A stretch of DNA of 64,000 nucleotides from Ginglymostoma cirratum. Taxonomy: Eukaryota. The stretch is taken from contig JAHRHZ010000263.1 of assembly GCA_024137785.1 (NCBI GenBank), forward strand, positions 23,581,254 to 23,645,253, given 5' to 3'. The translations under genes were made by a program, and so were the position numbers. Positions 38,251 to 51,469 of this stretch are shown piece by piece. The first letter of the stretch is position 1. Every line of letters begins with the position of its first letter. Below the pieces are notes generated by a model. The model did not search any database. It was not told the DNA's origin and was given only the letters and a program-made list of their open reading frames with translations.

Positions 38251-38785
38251 ATAACAAGGCATAGAGCTGGATGAACACAGCAGGCCAAGCAGCAGCAGAG
38301 GAGCAGGNNNNNNNNNNNNNNNNNNNNNNNNNNNNNNNNNNNNNNNNNNNNNNNNNNNNNNNNNNNNNNNNNNNNNNNNNNNNNNNNNNNNNNNNNNNNN
38401 NNNNNNNNNNNNNNNNNNNNNNNNNNNNNNNNNNNNNNNNNNNNNNNNNNNNNNNNNNNNNNNNNNNNNNNNNNNNNNNNNNNNNNNNNNNNNNNNNNNN
38501 NNNNNNNNNNNNNNNNNNNNNNNNNNNNNNNNNNNNNNNNNNNNNNNNNNNNNNNNNNNNNNNNNNNNNNNNNNNNNNNNNNNNNNNNNNNNNNNNNNNN
38601 NNNNNNNNNNNNNNNNNNNNNNNNNNNNNNNNNNNNNNNNNNNNNNNNNNNNNNNNNNNNNNNNNNNNNNNNNNNNNNNNNNNNNNNNNNNNNNNNNNNN
38701 NNNNNNNTGCTTGGCCTGCTGTGTTCATCCAGCTCTACACCTCGTCATCTCAGATTCTCCAGCATCTGCAGTTCCTACTATCTCT
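38251..38785. mobile_element. Palindromic short PLE-derived element with 16-bp TSD spanning an assembly gap
   Basis: Left arm 38251-38307 is inverted relative to right arm 38708-38785. TSD gtcac(a/g)gttatcacac at 38235-38250 and 38786-38801. Confidence 0.85.
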
Positions 38786-38814
38786 GTCACGGTTATCACA
38801 CCTCCGGTAAAGTT

Positions 38815-40560
38815 TTTTTGAAATCCTGATTCCATCTCATACCTCCTTGATAGCTTTTAAAATCTAAAGAAATTGTATCTTTTTTTCTTGAATATATGCA
38901 GTATCTTGGCCTCCACAGCTTTCTGTAGTAGAGAATTACACAGTTTCACTACCCATTTCAGCGAAGGAACGTTTCCTCATCTCAGTCCTATATAGTGTAC
39001 TCTGTATGCTCAGACTGTGACTCCAGTTCTAGACTCTCCAACATCCTCCCTGCATCTATTATGTTGAGCTCTCTCTTGAATTTTAGTTTCAATCAGATCT
39101 TCTCTCATCCTTCTATACTTCAGTAAATACAGGGCCAATTTAACTAATCTCTCCTCAGATGACCGTTCTGCTGCCCCTGGCATTAACCTGGCAAACCCCT
39201 GCACTCCCTTTATAGAAAGATTAACCTTTCTTGGGTAGGGAGATGAAAACTGCATGCAGTACTCTCGGTATGATCTCATCGAGGCCCTATATAACTCTAG
39301 TAAGAAATATGTATTTCTGAGCTCAAAACCTCTTGTGATGAAGGCCATTGTGCCAATTACCTTCCTAATTCCCTTTTGCACTTGCCTATGTACTTTCATT
39401 AACTATACAAGGACACCCATATTCCTTTGTACATTCTCATTTCCCAAAACACTGCCATTTAAATAATTCTCTACCTTTGTTTTTTGCTGCATAACTTCAC
39501 ATTTAGCCATGGTGTACTACATCACCCATGTGTTTCCCCACACACTCAGCTTGTCTTGTCTAAATCACCTTGCATCCTTCTCGTCACTCAAATCCATCCA
39601 GCTTTGTTGCCAGCAAACTTGGAAATATTCCATATGGTTCCTTTATATAGGTTATTTATATCTGTTATGAATAGCTGCTGCCTAAGCACTAATCCTTGTG
39701 ATAACTCACTTGGAAAAAGGCCCATTTATTCCTACTTTGTGTTTCTTGTCTGTCAACCAATTCTCAGTCCCTACCAGTATGTTATTCGCTATTTAATTTG
39801 CCCACTGATCTCTTATTGGGGAATTTCCTCACAGTTTTTGAAAAACCAGTGCACCTGGTGCATTTGGATTTCTCCTTCTGTCATAATTACATCTTCAAAA
39901 AATGCTGTTAATGATTTTTCAAAAAAATTCTGTCATCACATCTTTTATAGTAGACTGTAGCATTTTCCCCCACTAGCGATGTTAGGCTAACAGGTCAGTA
40001 ATTTTGTTTTGTATCTCCCATTTTAAAATAATGGGTTATGTTTGCCACAATCTAACCTGGTAGGTCCTGCTTCAGAGTCTATCGAATTTTGAAAGATGAT
40101 CACCAATGCATTGCCAGGGTCACTTCCTCTATGTCTGGAATGGAAATTCAGGCATTGGTGATTTTTGTCAGCCTTTAACCCCATTAATTTCCCGAGCATG
40201 AATTTCTTACTAATGCTGATTACCTTCAATTCTGCCTTCTCACTAGACCCTTGAGTCCTAGCATTTCTGGGAAGTTATTTGTGCCCTCTTTCGTGAAGAG
40301 ACAACTGAAGTATGTGTGCAACTCTTCTGCCATTTCTTTGTTCCCCATTATAATTTCTCTGGCTTCTGACTGTAAGGGACCTACAACTATATTTACTAAT
40401 CTTTATCTCTTCACATATTTAAAAAGCTTTTGCGTTCAGTTTTTATGATTCCTGCAATTTTACTTTTGTACTTTTTTTTTCCTGTCATGATCAAACTTTC
40501 TGACCTCTTTTGCTGAGTTCTAAAGTATTCCCAATCCTCAAGCTTACTGCTGTTCTCTGG
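38815..40560 (-). mobile_element. Decayed CR1 LINE
   Basis: ORFs 39010-39399 (AFITRGFE..EYCMQFSSPY..RMREDLIE) and 40023-40229 (GLKADK..LVIIFQNSIDS). Confidence 0.85.
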
Positions 40561-42574
40561 ATCTGTCTTATCACTTATTTATTTTGTAATTGATTTCTTT
40601 CTTGCCCCGTTCCTTTTTCACATTTACAAAACATTGAATATGTTGGAAGCATGGTGCTGGACTTCCAGACCTGAACTTGCTTACAATTTCAAAGAACTCT
40701 GGCAATGGCCGGACTGCAAAAAAACCCTCTGCACTATTTCGATTATGTAACCAGTCATCAGAATTATGGCCAGAGCTTATGTATTCAGTTGTTTACCTTT
40801 TATTCTGTATTTCATTTTCTCCCTTACTTTTAGAATCACTTGTGAATTTTCCTTGTAATCTTTACAACTAGATTGTAGTCTACCTGCATTCAAATTTACA
40901 AGGCAGATTTTATTAAAACAAAAATAAAATACACTGGATGCCGGAAATCTAAAATAAAATCTTTCTATTCACGTAACAGATTTTTCTAAAGTTCCCATCC
41001 ATTTTACTACTTTGACACTATATCCTGTGTAAAACCTGGACAAAAAGACATGCACCCATATACTGAAGGAGATCATATTTTTCTGTTTCGTATCAGGTTA
41101 CCTAGATACAAACAGTAATCCACAATATTAAAACATGTAAGCTTTTTCCAAAAATCAGAAGAAAACTCTGCAAATCTTTTTTCAGTTTTGTCAGGCACCA
41201 GACCTTGTTTCTTGAAGCAGGGTAATTGACCTGGTGATTATTGTTTTACATGCTGTCAGCATCACCTTTTTGTCCAGTTCAGAAATATGTGACATAGGAT
41301 AACATTTCCAATCCTTTTGCTTTACAATTTTATGTAGCTGGAAAAGAAAATCTTTGTTTCATAGATGGAAGTGAAAGTATGTAATTGTAAAATTACATAA
41401 AATTGTAAAAAGTAAAAGTATGTAAAGTTGATTTGAAATTCAACTTTCACAGACACTTAGAGTTGAGAAGACATTTTGTTGAAGTTTTCAGTCTTGCAAG
41501 AAGTACTAATGTAAAAAGTAAGCAGTCTTTTTATATTGTGTGAGAAGAGAGTGCTGCTGATTATGCCAATACTTGCCAAGTATTGGCATAGAGAATGCAC
41601 CATTTAGTTGATGATTCCTTTCAATTCAAAATCAGTATCCTAGTAATTTAGTCCTACTGTGGCATTGGAAGGCTGGCAGACTTGATTACACATTAATTTG
41701 TTTCTGTATTAAATCTGCTTCAGCCCTACTATGGCCCCCACACGTCCACAGATGTTGGCTAATTGTAATATTGCAGTCACCTAATTTCTGAAGTTTGAAA
41801 GTAAAGTCATCTTAAAAATGGATTCTCTTTTTTTAACATGTTATGTTGTACAGTGTTAACTATATGGAGTGTGGTAGAATAAGCTTACTTTCACGCAATA
41901 ACAGTTCAAACCACAAGTTACAGCAAGGTTATTGGTAGCAATGGAACCAATTCATATGTGTACCAACTCATTTAGAACAAATGTGGTGTGAATGTATGAA
42001 TCTTTGTTTCCTATGGTATGAAAATGCACGTGATACCACTTCTGGCAAACTGGATAATTTGGCGGGCTAGTCTCTGGTAATTTTTTCCCCAGTGTCAGCC
42101 TACAGATGCTAAGTATGCTAGCACTTAATTGCATGTTCTGTGCCTCAATCTGCATATTTCACTTATCTGCCTTAATTCTGGTATTATGTGAACTGTTAAG
42201 TGGTTCTCTAAACTGAGTCTGCTGAGTTTCTTAAACTCCATCCAACTCAAAACTCCATGCAGAGTTAACCTGACGGGTCAATGACATGAGAAGCGTTCAG
42301 GGTCATCAGAAGGGGTAGCCAACCGCAGCACAGGTCTGGGCAACTGGAGCAGCAATGATCCAAATCAGGGCTGTCAGACTCAGAACTAGACCTTCCTGAT
42401 TTCGTTCTTGCCCCAATGACATTGGATCAGGGCATTCCTCCAAGGGAGGAACAGGACAGTTACCTCGGTGCTGTGAGTGTCCTACAGTCCACACACATCA
42501 CAGGGATTCAGAGTGCACAATACCAAGACCGCAAGTGGACGGATATTGGGTCTATGGATGATTCTATAAACACT

Positions 42575-44345
42575 CAATGGGTTTCAAAATTGCCAATAAT
42601 AGTGCGCATAGCATTAAATCTACATTGCGATGTGTTTCTACATTGATTGATCTGGCCACTATCAAAGCTGACCTCCTGTTTCTGCAGGAGTGCAGGGTGC
42701 CACATCTCAGAGAAGCTAAAGGAAATGGTCAAGCTTATGGGCCAATGGGCCTCTGATTTGGTTGGAGGGAAATATTTGCTGTTTCTCCGGCCTGGGTATT
42801 CTGCTGCGAGGAGGCAACTTCACCATCTCTGAAGTTAAGGAAGTGGTGGGCAGGTGCCTCTTCATAGCAGACGTTATGTACAGAAGTGCTACCCTAAGTC
42901 TAATTAATGTGTGCACCCCCAGTGGTTAAAAATTAGTGCCTAGCCATCCTGCAGCAGCCCCTACTGCTGCTGACATCTAGGCCAATCATTCTGGCTGGAG
43001 ACTTCAGCTAGATTATCGATGCGGATGAATGATCCACAGGGGCTGACAGCAGCCCAGACACCATTTCCAGATTCTTGACAGAAACAGTTAAAGTCGCCAA
43101 ACTGCACAATGTCTTCAGCCCCCCTCCAGACAGAGTACAGCGTAGATACCCTGGGCTGCTGCCAAATGGTTCTGTCAGGTCAAGGATAGATTTTCTATTT
43201 GCGTCCCACGTGTTCTCAGTTAGATCCGCAGATGCCAAGCAGGTGTTCTTCGCTGACCACTGCCTTCTGCTGGCTAACTGTCACCCACAGGATGTCCAGT
43301 GGACTGATAAGGGAACATGGAAACTGAACGTGAAACTGCTGCCCTCAGAAAACATAGAGGAGCTCAAAAGGGATTACACAGTTTGGAGAGCCATGAAGCC
43401 CCTCTTTGTTTCCCAGCAGTCCACTCGCGATTCAGTCAAAAGGAACGTCAAAAAGTTTTTTAACCTCCAAAGGTGTTCAGATGAGAGAGATGGGGGAAAA
43501 ACTTTCCAAACTCCAGAAAAGCATGCTGAATCTTCTCCTGCAGACGATGGGGGTTGATATCACTGAAGATCTCCAGGAGATAAGGAGTCAGCAAGCCTCG
43601 TTATTTGCCTCGGAGACTTCCAAGATAATCTGCTCCAGGGTTTGCACCAGCAATGGCTTAATGGCTGAGTTGTATTCAGCTCTGTGGGACTTGATTTACC
43701 AAGACCTGCTGGAAGTATGTGACAGTATGCTTTGGTAGGTAGCATGTCAAAATTCATGAGGACCGATGGGTAAGTGGTAGAGATTGTCCCACATCTCCTT
43801 CTGGAATATGCTTTTGCAAATGAAGTCTGGAGAGAGATACAGTGGTTTTTGTTGAGGATCGTCCTGAACAGCTCCGTGTTGCAGGCCTCGGCGTGTATCC
43901 TGGGGAACAGACTATAGACCACACAAAGACTAACATTGACAATGTCTGCAGGGCCATCAACTCAGTGAAAGAAGCTGTTTGGTCTACTTAAAACTTGTTG
44001 GCCTTCCAGAGGAAGGAGTTGACCTCGACTGAGTGTTGTGGGCTAGAACATTCTAAGGTCTATGACTATGTGGAGAGGGACGCACTAAAGCTTGGGACAA
44101 TCCCCTCCAAGGCACAGTGGGGAAAGCCCACCATCTAAGGTCTTTTCTATCGAAGTTAACTGGGAGTCTGTCCAATGTATGTAAATGTAGTCTTTTGTCT
44201 AAGTAAGAAATGCCTGTTTTGTTGGATAGAGTCAAACTCCAATATCAGTTTGTTTTGCCAAATGCTACTGTACAGAACAGAACTGCTTCAGTGATTGTAT
44301 GTAAAGATATCTTTATGAATTAAAGACTCTTTGAAATAAAGAATG
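42575..44345 (+). mobile_element. Internally deleted L1/Tx1-type LINE
   Basis: APE: LLFLQEC, ILAGDFS, GSVRSRIDFLF..ADHCLL..GTWKLNVKLL. Short RT piece NGLMAELY. C-terminal EIVPHLLLEY. A-rich end. Confidence 0.8.
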
Positions 44346-45194
44346 GGAAGCACTTGGTGCAGTAGTCAAGAGTGAACAGTTGATGACTGGTGTACTCTGC
44401 TCCTAATGTTCTACTGTCTCCTTATCCTCTGGATCTCTATCCATGCTCTGCTGTACTCTTCCTTCCTTACCTCCGTAACAGTAATGGCATCGTAATTGAA
44501 TTTTGCTTCAGTTTTGGGAACATAGGTGCATGTAGGAACAGGAGTAAGGGAGGCCATTCAAACTCCTGAGTTTGCAACTTGTTTTGCATTCAATGAGATC
44601 ACGGCTATCTGTGGTCTAACTCTGTATAGTTACCTTTGACCTGTGTCCCTTAATACCCTTAATGGAAAGTTATTGATCTCGGATTTAAAACAAACAACAG
44701 ATCTAGCGTTAACTGCTGTTTTATGGAAGAGAGTTCCAAACTTCTATCATCTCTTGTATGTTGAAATATTGGGGAGAAAGAGTTAGATTAGTATTGCAAA
44801 ATTAAGTGAGAACAGTAATGAAGGTATGAAGACAGAATTGGCTGAACCTGGGAATTAAGTTAAGAGATAGGCCAGCAGTGATTCAGTTGTAGACATTTAA
44901 GGAAATACTTCATAACACTAAGCAAAAGTAGATACATTCCAGTGAGAGTGAAAGCCTTCAGGGGAATGACATTCCATGTATGGATTAACTCCTGGCTGAC
45001 GATCCTCTGGAATCCAACTAAAATATAGGTAAATATATGAGCAACTGAAATGGTACAACTTACCTGTACAAATGAGTATTTTGCTTCTAAGAGTGCACAA
45101 TTCTTGTGACCTGTGATCTCCAAACCCAGCTGCACTTTTATTACCAAATTTTTTTTTGTTTTTTTGTTTTTTTTTTGTGTTCAGTTATTCATTA

Positions 45195-45660
45195 TAGAGT
45201 CATAGTGTTGTACAGCATGGAAACAGACCTTTCAGTCCAGCTTGTCTGTGCCAGCCACATATCCCACATGAATCTGGTCCCGTTGGCCCATATCTCTTTA
45301 TTTTCCTATTCATATACCGGTAAAGATGCCTTTAAAAATGTTGAAATTGTACCAGCCTCCTCCACTTCCTCTGGCAGCTCATTCCATACACACTTCGGCC
45401 TTTGTGAAAAAAGTTGTCCCATAGGATCCTTTTATATCTTTCCCCCTCACCTTTAAACCTATGCCTTGTAGTTTTGGCCACCCTACCCTGGGAAGAAAGA
45501 TCTTGGCTATTCCCTCTCTCCACCCCCACCCCCCCATCTATGCTCTTTGTGATTTTATAAACCTCTATAAGGTCACCCCTCAATCTCTGTAGGGAAAATA
45601 GCCCAGCCTATTCAGCTTTTCCCTATAGCTCAAGCCCTCCAACCCTGGCAATATCCTTTT
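45195..45660 (-). mobile_element. CR1 3' fragment
   Basis: RGDLIEVYKI...TTRHRFK; tail actctat. Confidence 0.85.
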
Positions 45661-46089
45661 AAACTTGAAAGGGTGCAGAAAAGATTTATCTTCTTCAAAA
45701 AAGCAAAGTTGTATTTTATATAATGCATAGATATAAGCAGGTTCTCTTTATATTGTGGGAGTCAAATCCAGCACTGAATTTTTGGCAGCCTGTTTAGAAA
45801 GCAGACCTGTGTTTTCTGTTTTTTTTTAAAATATGTGCAACAGGCAAATTGATTATTGAGGCAGGTTTATAATGCATTATCACTGCTTCCCTAATTCTAG
45901 CATCTGTTTTTACATTTCAAATTCATATTTATATAATCTTGTATTCTAAATATATGAAACGTCATGCTTTGACAGACTTGCTTGTTTCGTATGTTGAGAA
46001 GAATCCAGCACACAAAACAAGTAAGTGAAAATGAAAATCAGTTAAAGAAAAAAAGTTAAAGATGGTATCAAATTGAAAGAAAATGTGGA

Positions 46090-48950
46090 CAATTTCGTGA
46101 AGCTTGGTAACAGATCAGAAGATTGGATAGAATATGAAAACAACAAAGAATAATTTTTAGGAACTGACTAAGAAATCAGTGAGAAAAGCTAGCTAGAAAT
46201 AAAAATACTTATAGTTTCTTCAGGTTTTTAACGTGGAAAATATTGAGGAGAGCAATCAGTGTGGGGAAACTAATTTCCTTGATAAATAAGTAAATGGTAG
46301 GTGAATTAAATAGATACTTTGCATCTGTTTTCACCTTTGAAAGATTCAGATACCATCTCATAATTATAAATCAAGTCTGAAAGTGAGGGAGGAACCTGCA
46401 GCAATTACAGTCATAAGGCAAAAGGTGCTTTTCTTTTCTGTTGAAAAATAAGTAAAGCCTGACGGGTGCGCGGGTCCTGATGGACTTTGCATCATACAGC
46501 ATAGAAACAGACCCTACGGTCCAACTCCTCTATGCCGACCGGACATCCCAATCTGATCTGGTCCCTTTTGCCAGCATTTGGCCCATATCCCTGTAAAGTC
46601 TTCCTATTCATGTACCCATCCAGATGCCTTTTAAATGTTGACATTGTACCTGTATTCAACACTTCCTCTGGCAGCTTGTTCCATACATGCGCCACCATAT
46701 CTGTGAAAAAGTTACCCCCTCTGGTCCTTTTTTTAAAATCTTTTCCCCTTAATCCTGAAATAATTGGCTGCTGAGACAGTGAATGTATTGGTATTAATTT
46801 TCCAAAATTCCCTATTTCTGGAAAGATTGGAAAACAGTGAATCTAACTCCTGTTTTCAAGAAAGAAGAAAGCTGATAAGCCAGAGGTTACGAGTCAGCTT
46901 AAAATCTGTTGTAAGGTTAAAAACTGGAATTTATCATTAAGCTTACAGCAGGGCACAGAAAATCTCAATGCAATCAGACAGAACTAAATTGGTTTTGTGA
47001 AAGGGAAGTCACCTTTGACTGAGTTCTTTGAGAAAGTGACGAGCATGGCAGATAATGCAAAACTAGTAGATGTGATGTATTTGGATTTCCAAAAGGCATT
47101 TGATAAGGGATCACATAAAAATTAGTTGTTAGGATAAGAGCGCACCATATTCTGTGGAACATTGTGTAATAGTGGCTCGGTCAACTAAAAGAAAGGAGGA
47201 TAATTGGGTCATTTTTGGGTTTGCAAACATTGCTAGCAGAGCACCACAGGGATCAGTGCTAGGACCTCAACTTTCAAAACAAGGAGATAAAAACTAGACG
47301 TAGAAGTAGACAATTCACCCCCTATAGCTTGCTCCACCTTTTCAATAGAGTCATGGCTGGTCTCATCTCCGCGTCCACTCCACTTTCCTGTCTGCTCTCT
47401 CTGACCCCTCAACCCAGTAGTAATTAAAAATGATCTATTTCCACTTTAAATTTACTCAATATCCCAGCATCTACTGTACTCTGAGGTAGTGATTCCACAG
47501 ATTCATAACCCTTTTGAGAGAAGTAAGTCTTTTCCTCATCTTTGTTTTCGGAGAGGATGTAGCAGATTTAAAACAATGACCTTTTGTTCTAGATTGCTCC
47601 ACAAGAGGAAACATCCTCTCTGTCTATTTTGTCAGCCACTTTTAGCCTCTGTATATCTCAATTATATCTCCTTTCGTTCTATTTTTAATTACAGCCTCTC
47701 ATTTTTCTAAACTCAAGACTATAGGCCTAAACTATTCAATTTCTCTTCGTATGACAAACCTGTCATCTCTGGACTCAATCTAGTGAACCTCCTCCTGAAT
47801 TGTCTCCATTTTAACTACATCCCTCCTTGAATAAGAGGACCAAAACTGTGCACAGTACTCCAGGTGTGATCTCACTAATGTTTTGTACAGTTGCAGCAGT
47901 ACTTCTCTACTTTTAGCAACAAGGAAGGCAAATGGAATTTTGGCACTTATTACTTGCGGTACCTGCATACTAGTTTTGTGATTCATGCAGAGATTCCATT
48001 GCAGTGAAGCATTCTGAAGTTTCTGTTGGTTTAGAGGAAAAAGTTGCCTTCCAATTCTCCTGACCGAAATGGATTACCTCACACGCATCCGCATTAAACT
48101 CCATCTGCCAAACTTTGACCCATTCACCTAACTTATCGATATCTCTTTGTAAATTTTTTACTTGTTAGTTGGAATTTACTTTCCCACCTATCATAGTGTC
48201 ATCTTTAAATTATATCAGTGATCTGGATGAAGGCAGTGAATGTATATTTCCAAAATGTGCTGATAACAGAAATATAGTTAGTACAATAAATTGCGAAAAA
48301 GATAATCTATATGCCGTTGCAGACCTTATGTGAGTGAAAAAAAGTGTAACAGAATATAATGCAGGATCATAAGCATTTGTCTGCTTTGAAAGGAAGAATT
48401 AAAAAGCAGCATGTGATACCAGTGGAAAGAGATTGCAGAACATTGCTGTAGAGAGAGATCTGATCTGTCCTGCTACGTAAATTTCACAAAGCTAATATGC
48501 AGCTACAGCAAGTGATTAGGAAGGCAAGTGGAATGTTGGCATTTATTGCAAGGGACTATAAAAGTAGAAATTTTGCGACAGTTGTTGAGGGTGTTGGGGG
48601 GACCACACAGGGTCACATGGGATAGAAACACATCCTTCAACCTCTTGTGTCTATGCCAGCCAACAAGCACCAAAGCTACACTAATTCCATTTACCTGAAT
48701 TTGTTTTGTAGCCTATGGCTTGGCATTTGAAGTGCTCATCCAGCTGCTTGTTAAAATACATCTAGACTTCTGTCTACAACATTTATCTCCTTGTTTAATA
48801 AACAGCATCTTTTTATTTGAGGTAATGCAGAAAAAGTTCACCTACTAATGCCTGGATGAAGGAGTTATTTTATGTTAAAACGTTGGACAGGTGGTCCTGT
48901 ATTCATTGAAATATGGAAGAGTTGAGAAGTGATCATGTTGAAACGTACGC
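46090..48950 (+). mobile_element. Old CR1 (+) with nested younger CR1 3' pieces (-) at about 46490-46755, 47285-48210 and 48610-48760
   Basis: The + strand RT breaks after PQGSVLGPQL (about 47275) and resumes at YISDLDEG (about 48212). The inserts carry CR1 3' ends. Confidence 0.75.
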
Positions 48951-49424
48951 TTTCCTTAAATTTTGACCATTTAAAAATCAAAACTTAAATTTTTTTTGGA
49001 GCAACTAACATTTTTTAGTGTATAATGAAATACTTGTGTGTTCCATTTACAATATGCAGTTACTTTAGGTGGGAGCTGCTTGGCTCATAGTGAAATTTAC
49101 CCAGTTATTCACATTAAGTAGCCAGCGGAAAAGTATGCACCTCCATGCATTTTCATTTAGAACATAGTGAATGTTTGTTTCGTAGGTATTTTTAATAACA
49201 GCATTATTGATAGAACATTTAATTGCATAAATACTTCCATTGAAACAAAATGTTCTGAAATGGTTTACGCTTAATTGTCTTTGTTGAAATTTAGCCACTA
49301 ATTTAGAGGTCAGTGACTGTGAAACTGGGGTCCATGGGATAATTTGATTGTGACCTGTTGCTGTATTTACTTAGATTGGATACAGGGTGTTGTTTCAGTT
49401 TCCTTTATCATGACCAAGTGATCT

Positions 49425-51415
49425 AAGAATATAAGAAATATGAACCTGAGAAGACTCTTAAGTCCAATGGAGTCTGCTCTGTCGTTCATTATGAAGTTGG
49501 TTGGGCTTGAGTTGCAACTTCATTTCTCCACCTCCACTCCATATCCCTTGATTCCCTCAAAGGCCAAAAAACAATCTCAACCTTAAATATATTCAATAAT
49601 GGTTCATCCACAGCCCTCTAGGGTAGACAGTTCTGCAGACTTACAGCCCCTTGTACGAAGAATTTTCTTCTCCTCCCAATCATAAACGAAAGGCCTGTTA
49701 TTCTGAAACTGTTTCTCTTTGTTTGAGATTCCCCAGTCAGAGGAAAGCATGTCTTAGTATCTTCCCTTGTGATATAAACTGTCTGAGTTATAGATTTAAT
49801 ATCGTTTATTTTAAATTTACGTTTTGAATTTTGAAAATTGAGGTTTTTTTTTGTGGGTCAGGAATTAAGTTGTAAGTATTTCGGTAGCCATGGCAATTTC
49901 TTTAAACACAAATTGTGAGGGCTACTTTGGAACCTAATGGATGATTGTTTACTTGAGGACTTTGCAACCTAGCAAGATAGACTAAAGGCACTTGTTAGAA
50001 ATATCTAGACTGGATATTATTTATTAAAGAAAGTTCAAGGAGAGGGCCCATTGTGGAGGGAGTGGCTTTTGTTTCAGTTTTACTATGTTTTTGGCAATTC
50101 TGTGAAGCCATTGCATGGAGATAGAGCAGTGCTCCTGACAAGGGAGCATATAATAAACTAGATTACTTGACAGAGGTTTCAGACTGGGAATCGAATTAAC
50201 AGTTACCTTAAGGCTGTTGAAGTGTTAGAGAAACAGTTTCTGGTGTGTGTTCTGTACAAGGGATATTTTTTCTTTGAAACTTGAAAAGGACTTCTTTGGG
50301 ATTGATGGGATTATACTTGTACTGTGTGTTTTTAATAACTATAAATTTATGTTGTAAATAAATCAGTCTACTTTACCTTCATTTCTTTTGCTTAACAAAC
50401 TACTGTTTTATTGTTAAAACAAAATTTAGAATGTTACATGCTTTTGTCACAGAGGTAACCTTGTTAAAAGCAAAAGCAAAACAAACTATGATCTATCAAT
50501 TTAGGTCTCAATCGATGATCTGACTTGTCTAGCAATATCGTCAACTGGGATAATAACATCTTTCTAGTCCATCATAATCTTGAATGTTTCATCCTCTCAT
50601 TCTTCTAACCTCAAGAGAATACGGATAATTTATTCAGCCTGTTTTAGGAAAACTCCCTTGCTTCAGGTCCTGCCCTCAATGCAAATATATCTTTTTAAAA
50701 ATACAGATACAGAACTTTGTTCCAGGTGTGGTCTTACCAATGCCCTGCATTTGTAGCAAGATCTCTCTTATTCTTGTACTCCAATCCCCTTACAAGAAAG
50801 AATAACATGACATATATGCTTTTCTAATTGTTGTACCTGCGTACTGATTTGCTGTGTTCCTTGTACAGATTCACCCAAGCCTGTTTGAACATCAACATTT
50901 ACGTGCTTCACAACTTTTTAAAAAAATTCTGCTTTTTATGCTTATGATCATAGTAACTAATCTCTCACTTCTTCATATTACACATGATCTGCCATCTTGA
51001 CACCCATAAAATTAATCTGTCTGTATCACTTTGCAGCCTTTTGTGCCCTTCTTGCAGCTTGCATTCCTACCTGGCAGTAGTAAACTTAAATATCTTACTT
51101 TTTGTTTTCTTGTCTAAGTCATTAATATAGATATAAATGGTTGTATTCTCTGCACTGAATCTTGTGGTATTCCACAGCTTGTCAACTTAAAGTCCACCAT
51201 TTATCCTGACTCTTTGCTTTCTGCCTGTTAACCAATCTCTACCCATGCTAATTTGTCTTCCCCAATTCATGAGCCCTCGTTTTGACTATTATCATTTTGT
51301 GTGGCACTGTAATTGGATGTATTTTGGCAATCCACATTCGCTACCTTCTGGTTCTCCCACATCTACCCTACTAATTGCATCCTCATAAGCTCTAATAGAT
51401 TTGTTCTGATCATGT
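49425..51415 (-). mobile_element. Decayed CR1 LINE interrupted by an LTR-like insert
   Basis: Tail taagaatataagaa at 49423-49437; ccaggtgtggtcttacc (LVRPHLE, reverse strand) near 50720. Confidence 0.7.
49768..50558 (+). mobile_element. Putative solo LTR (about 790 bp)
   Basis: TG...CA termini (TGTGAT...ATAACA); interrupts a CR1; 3' end shared with 14220-14289. No clean TSD. Confidence 0.5.
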
Positions 51416-51469
51416 TTTTTTTTTTTTAAAGTGCATTCTTAGGGCTGTGTATTTCTAATACTTTCCAAA

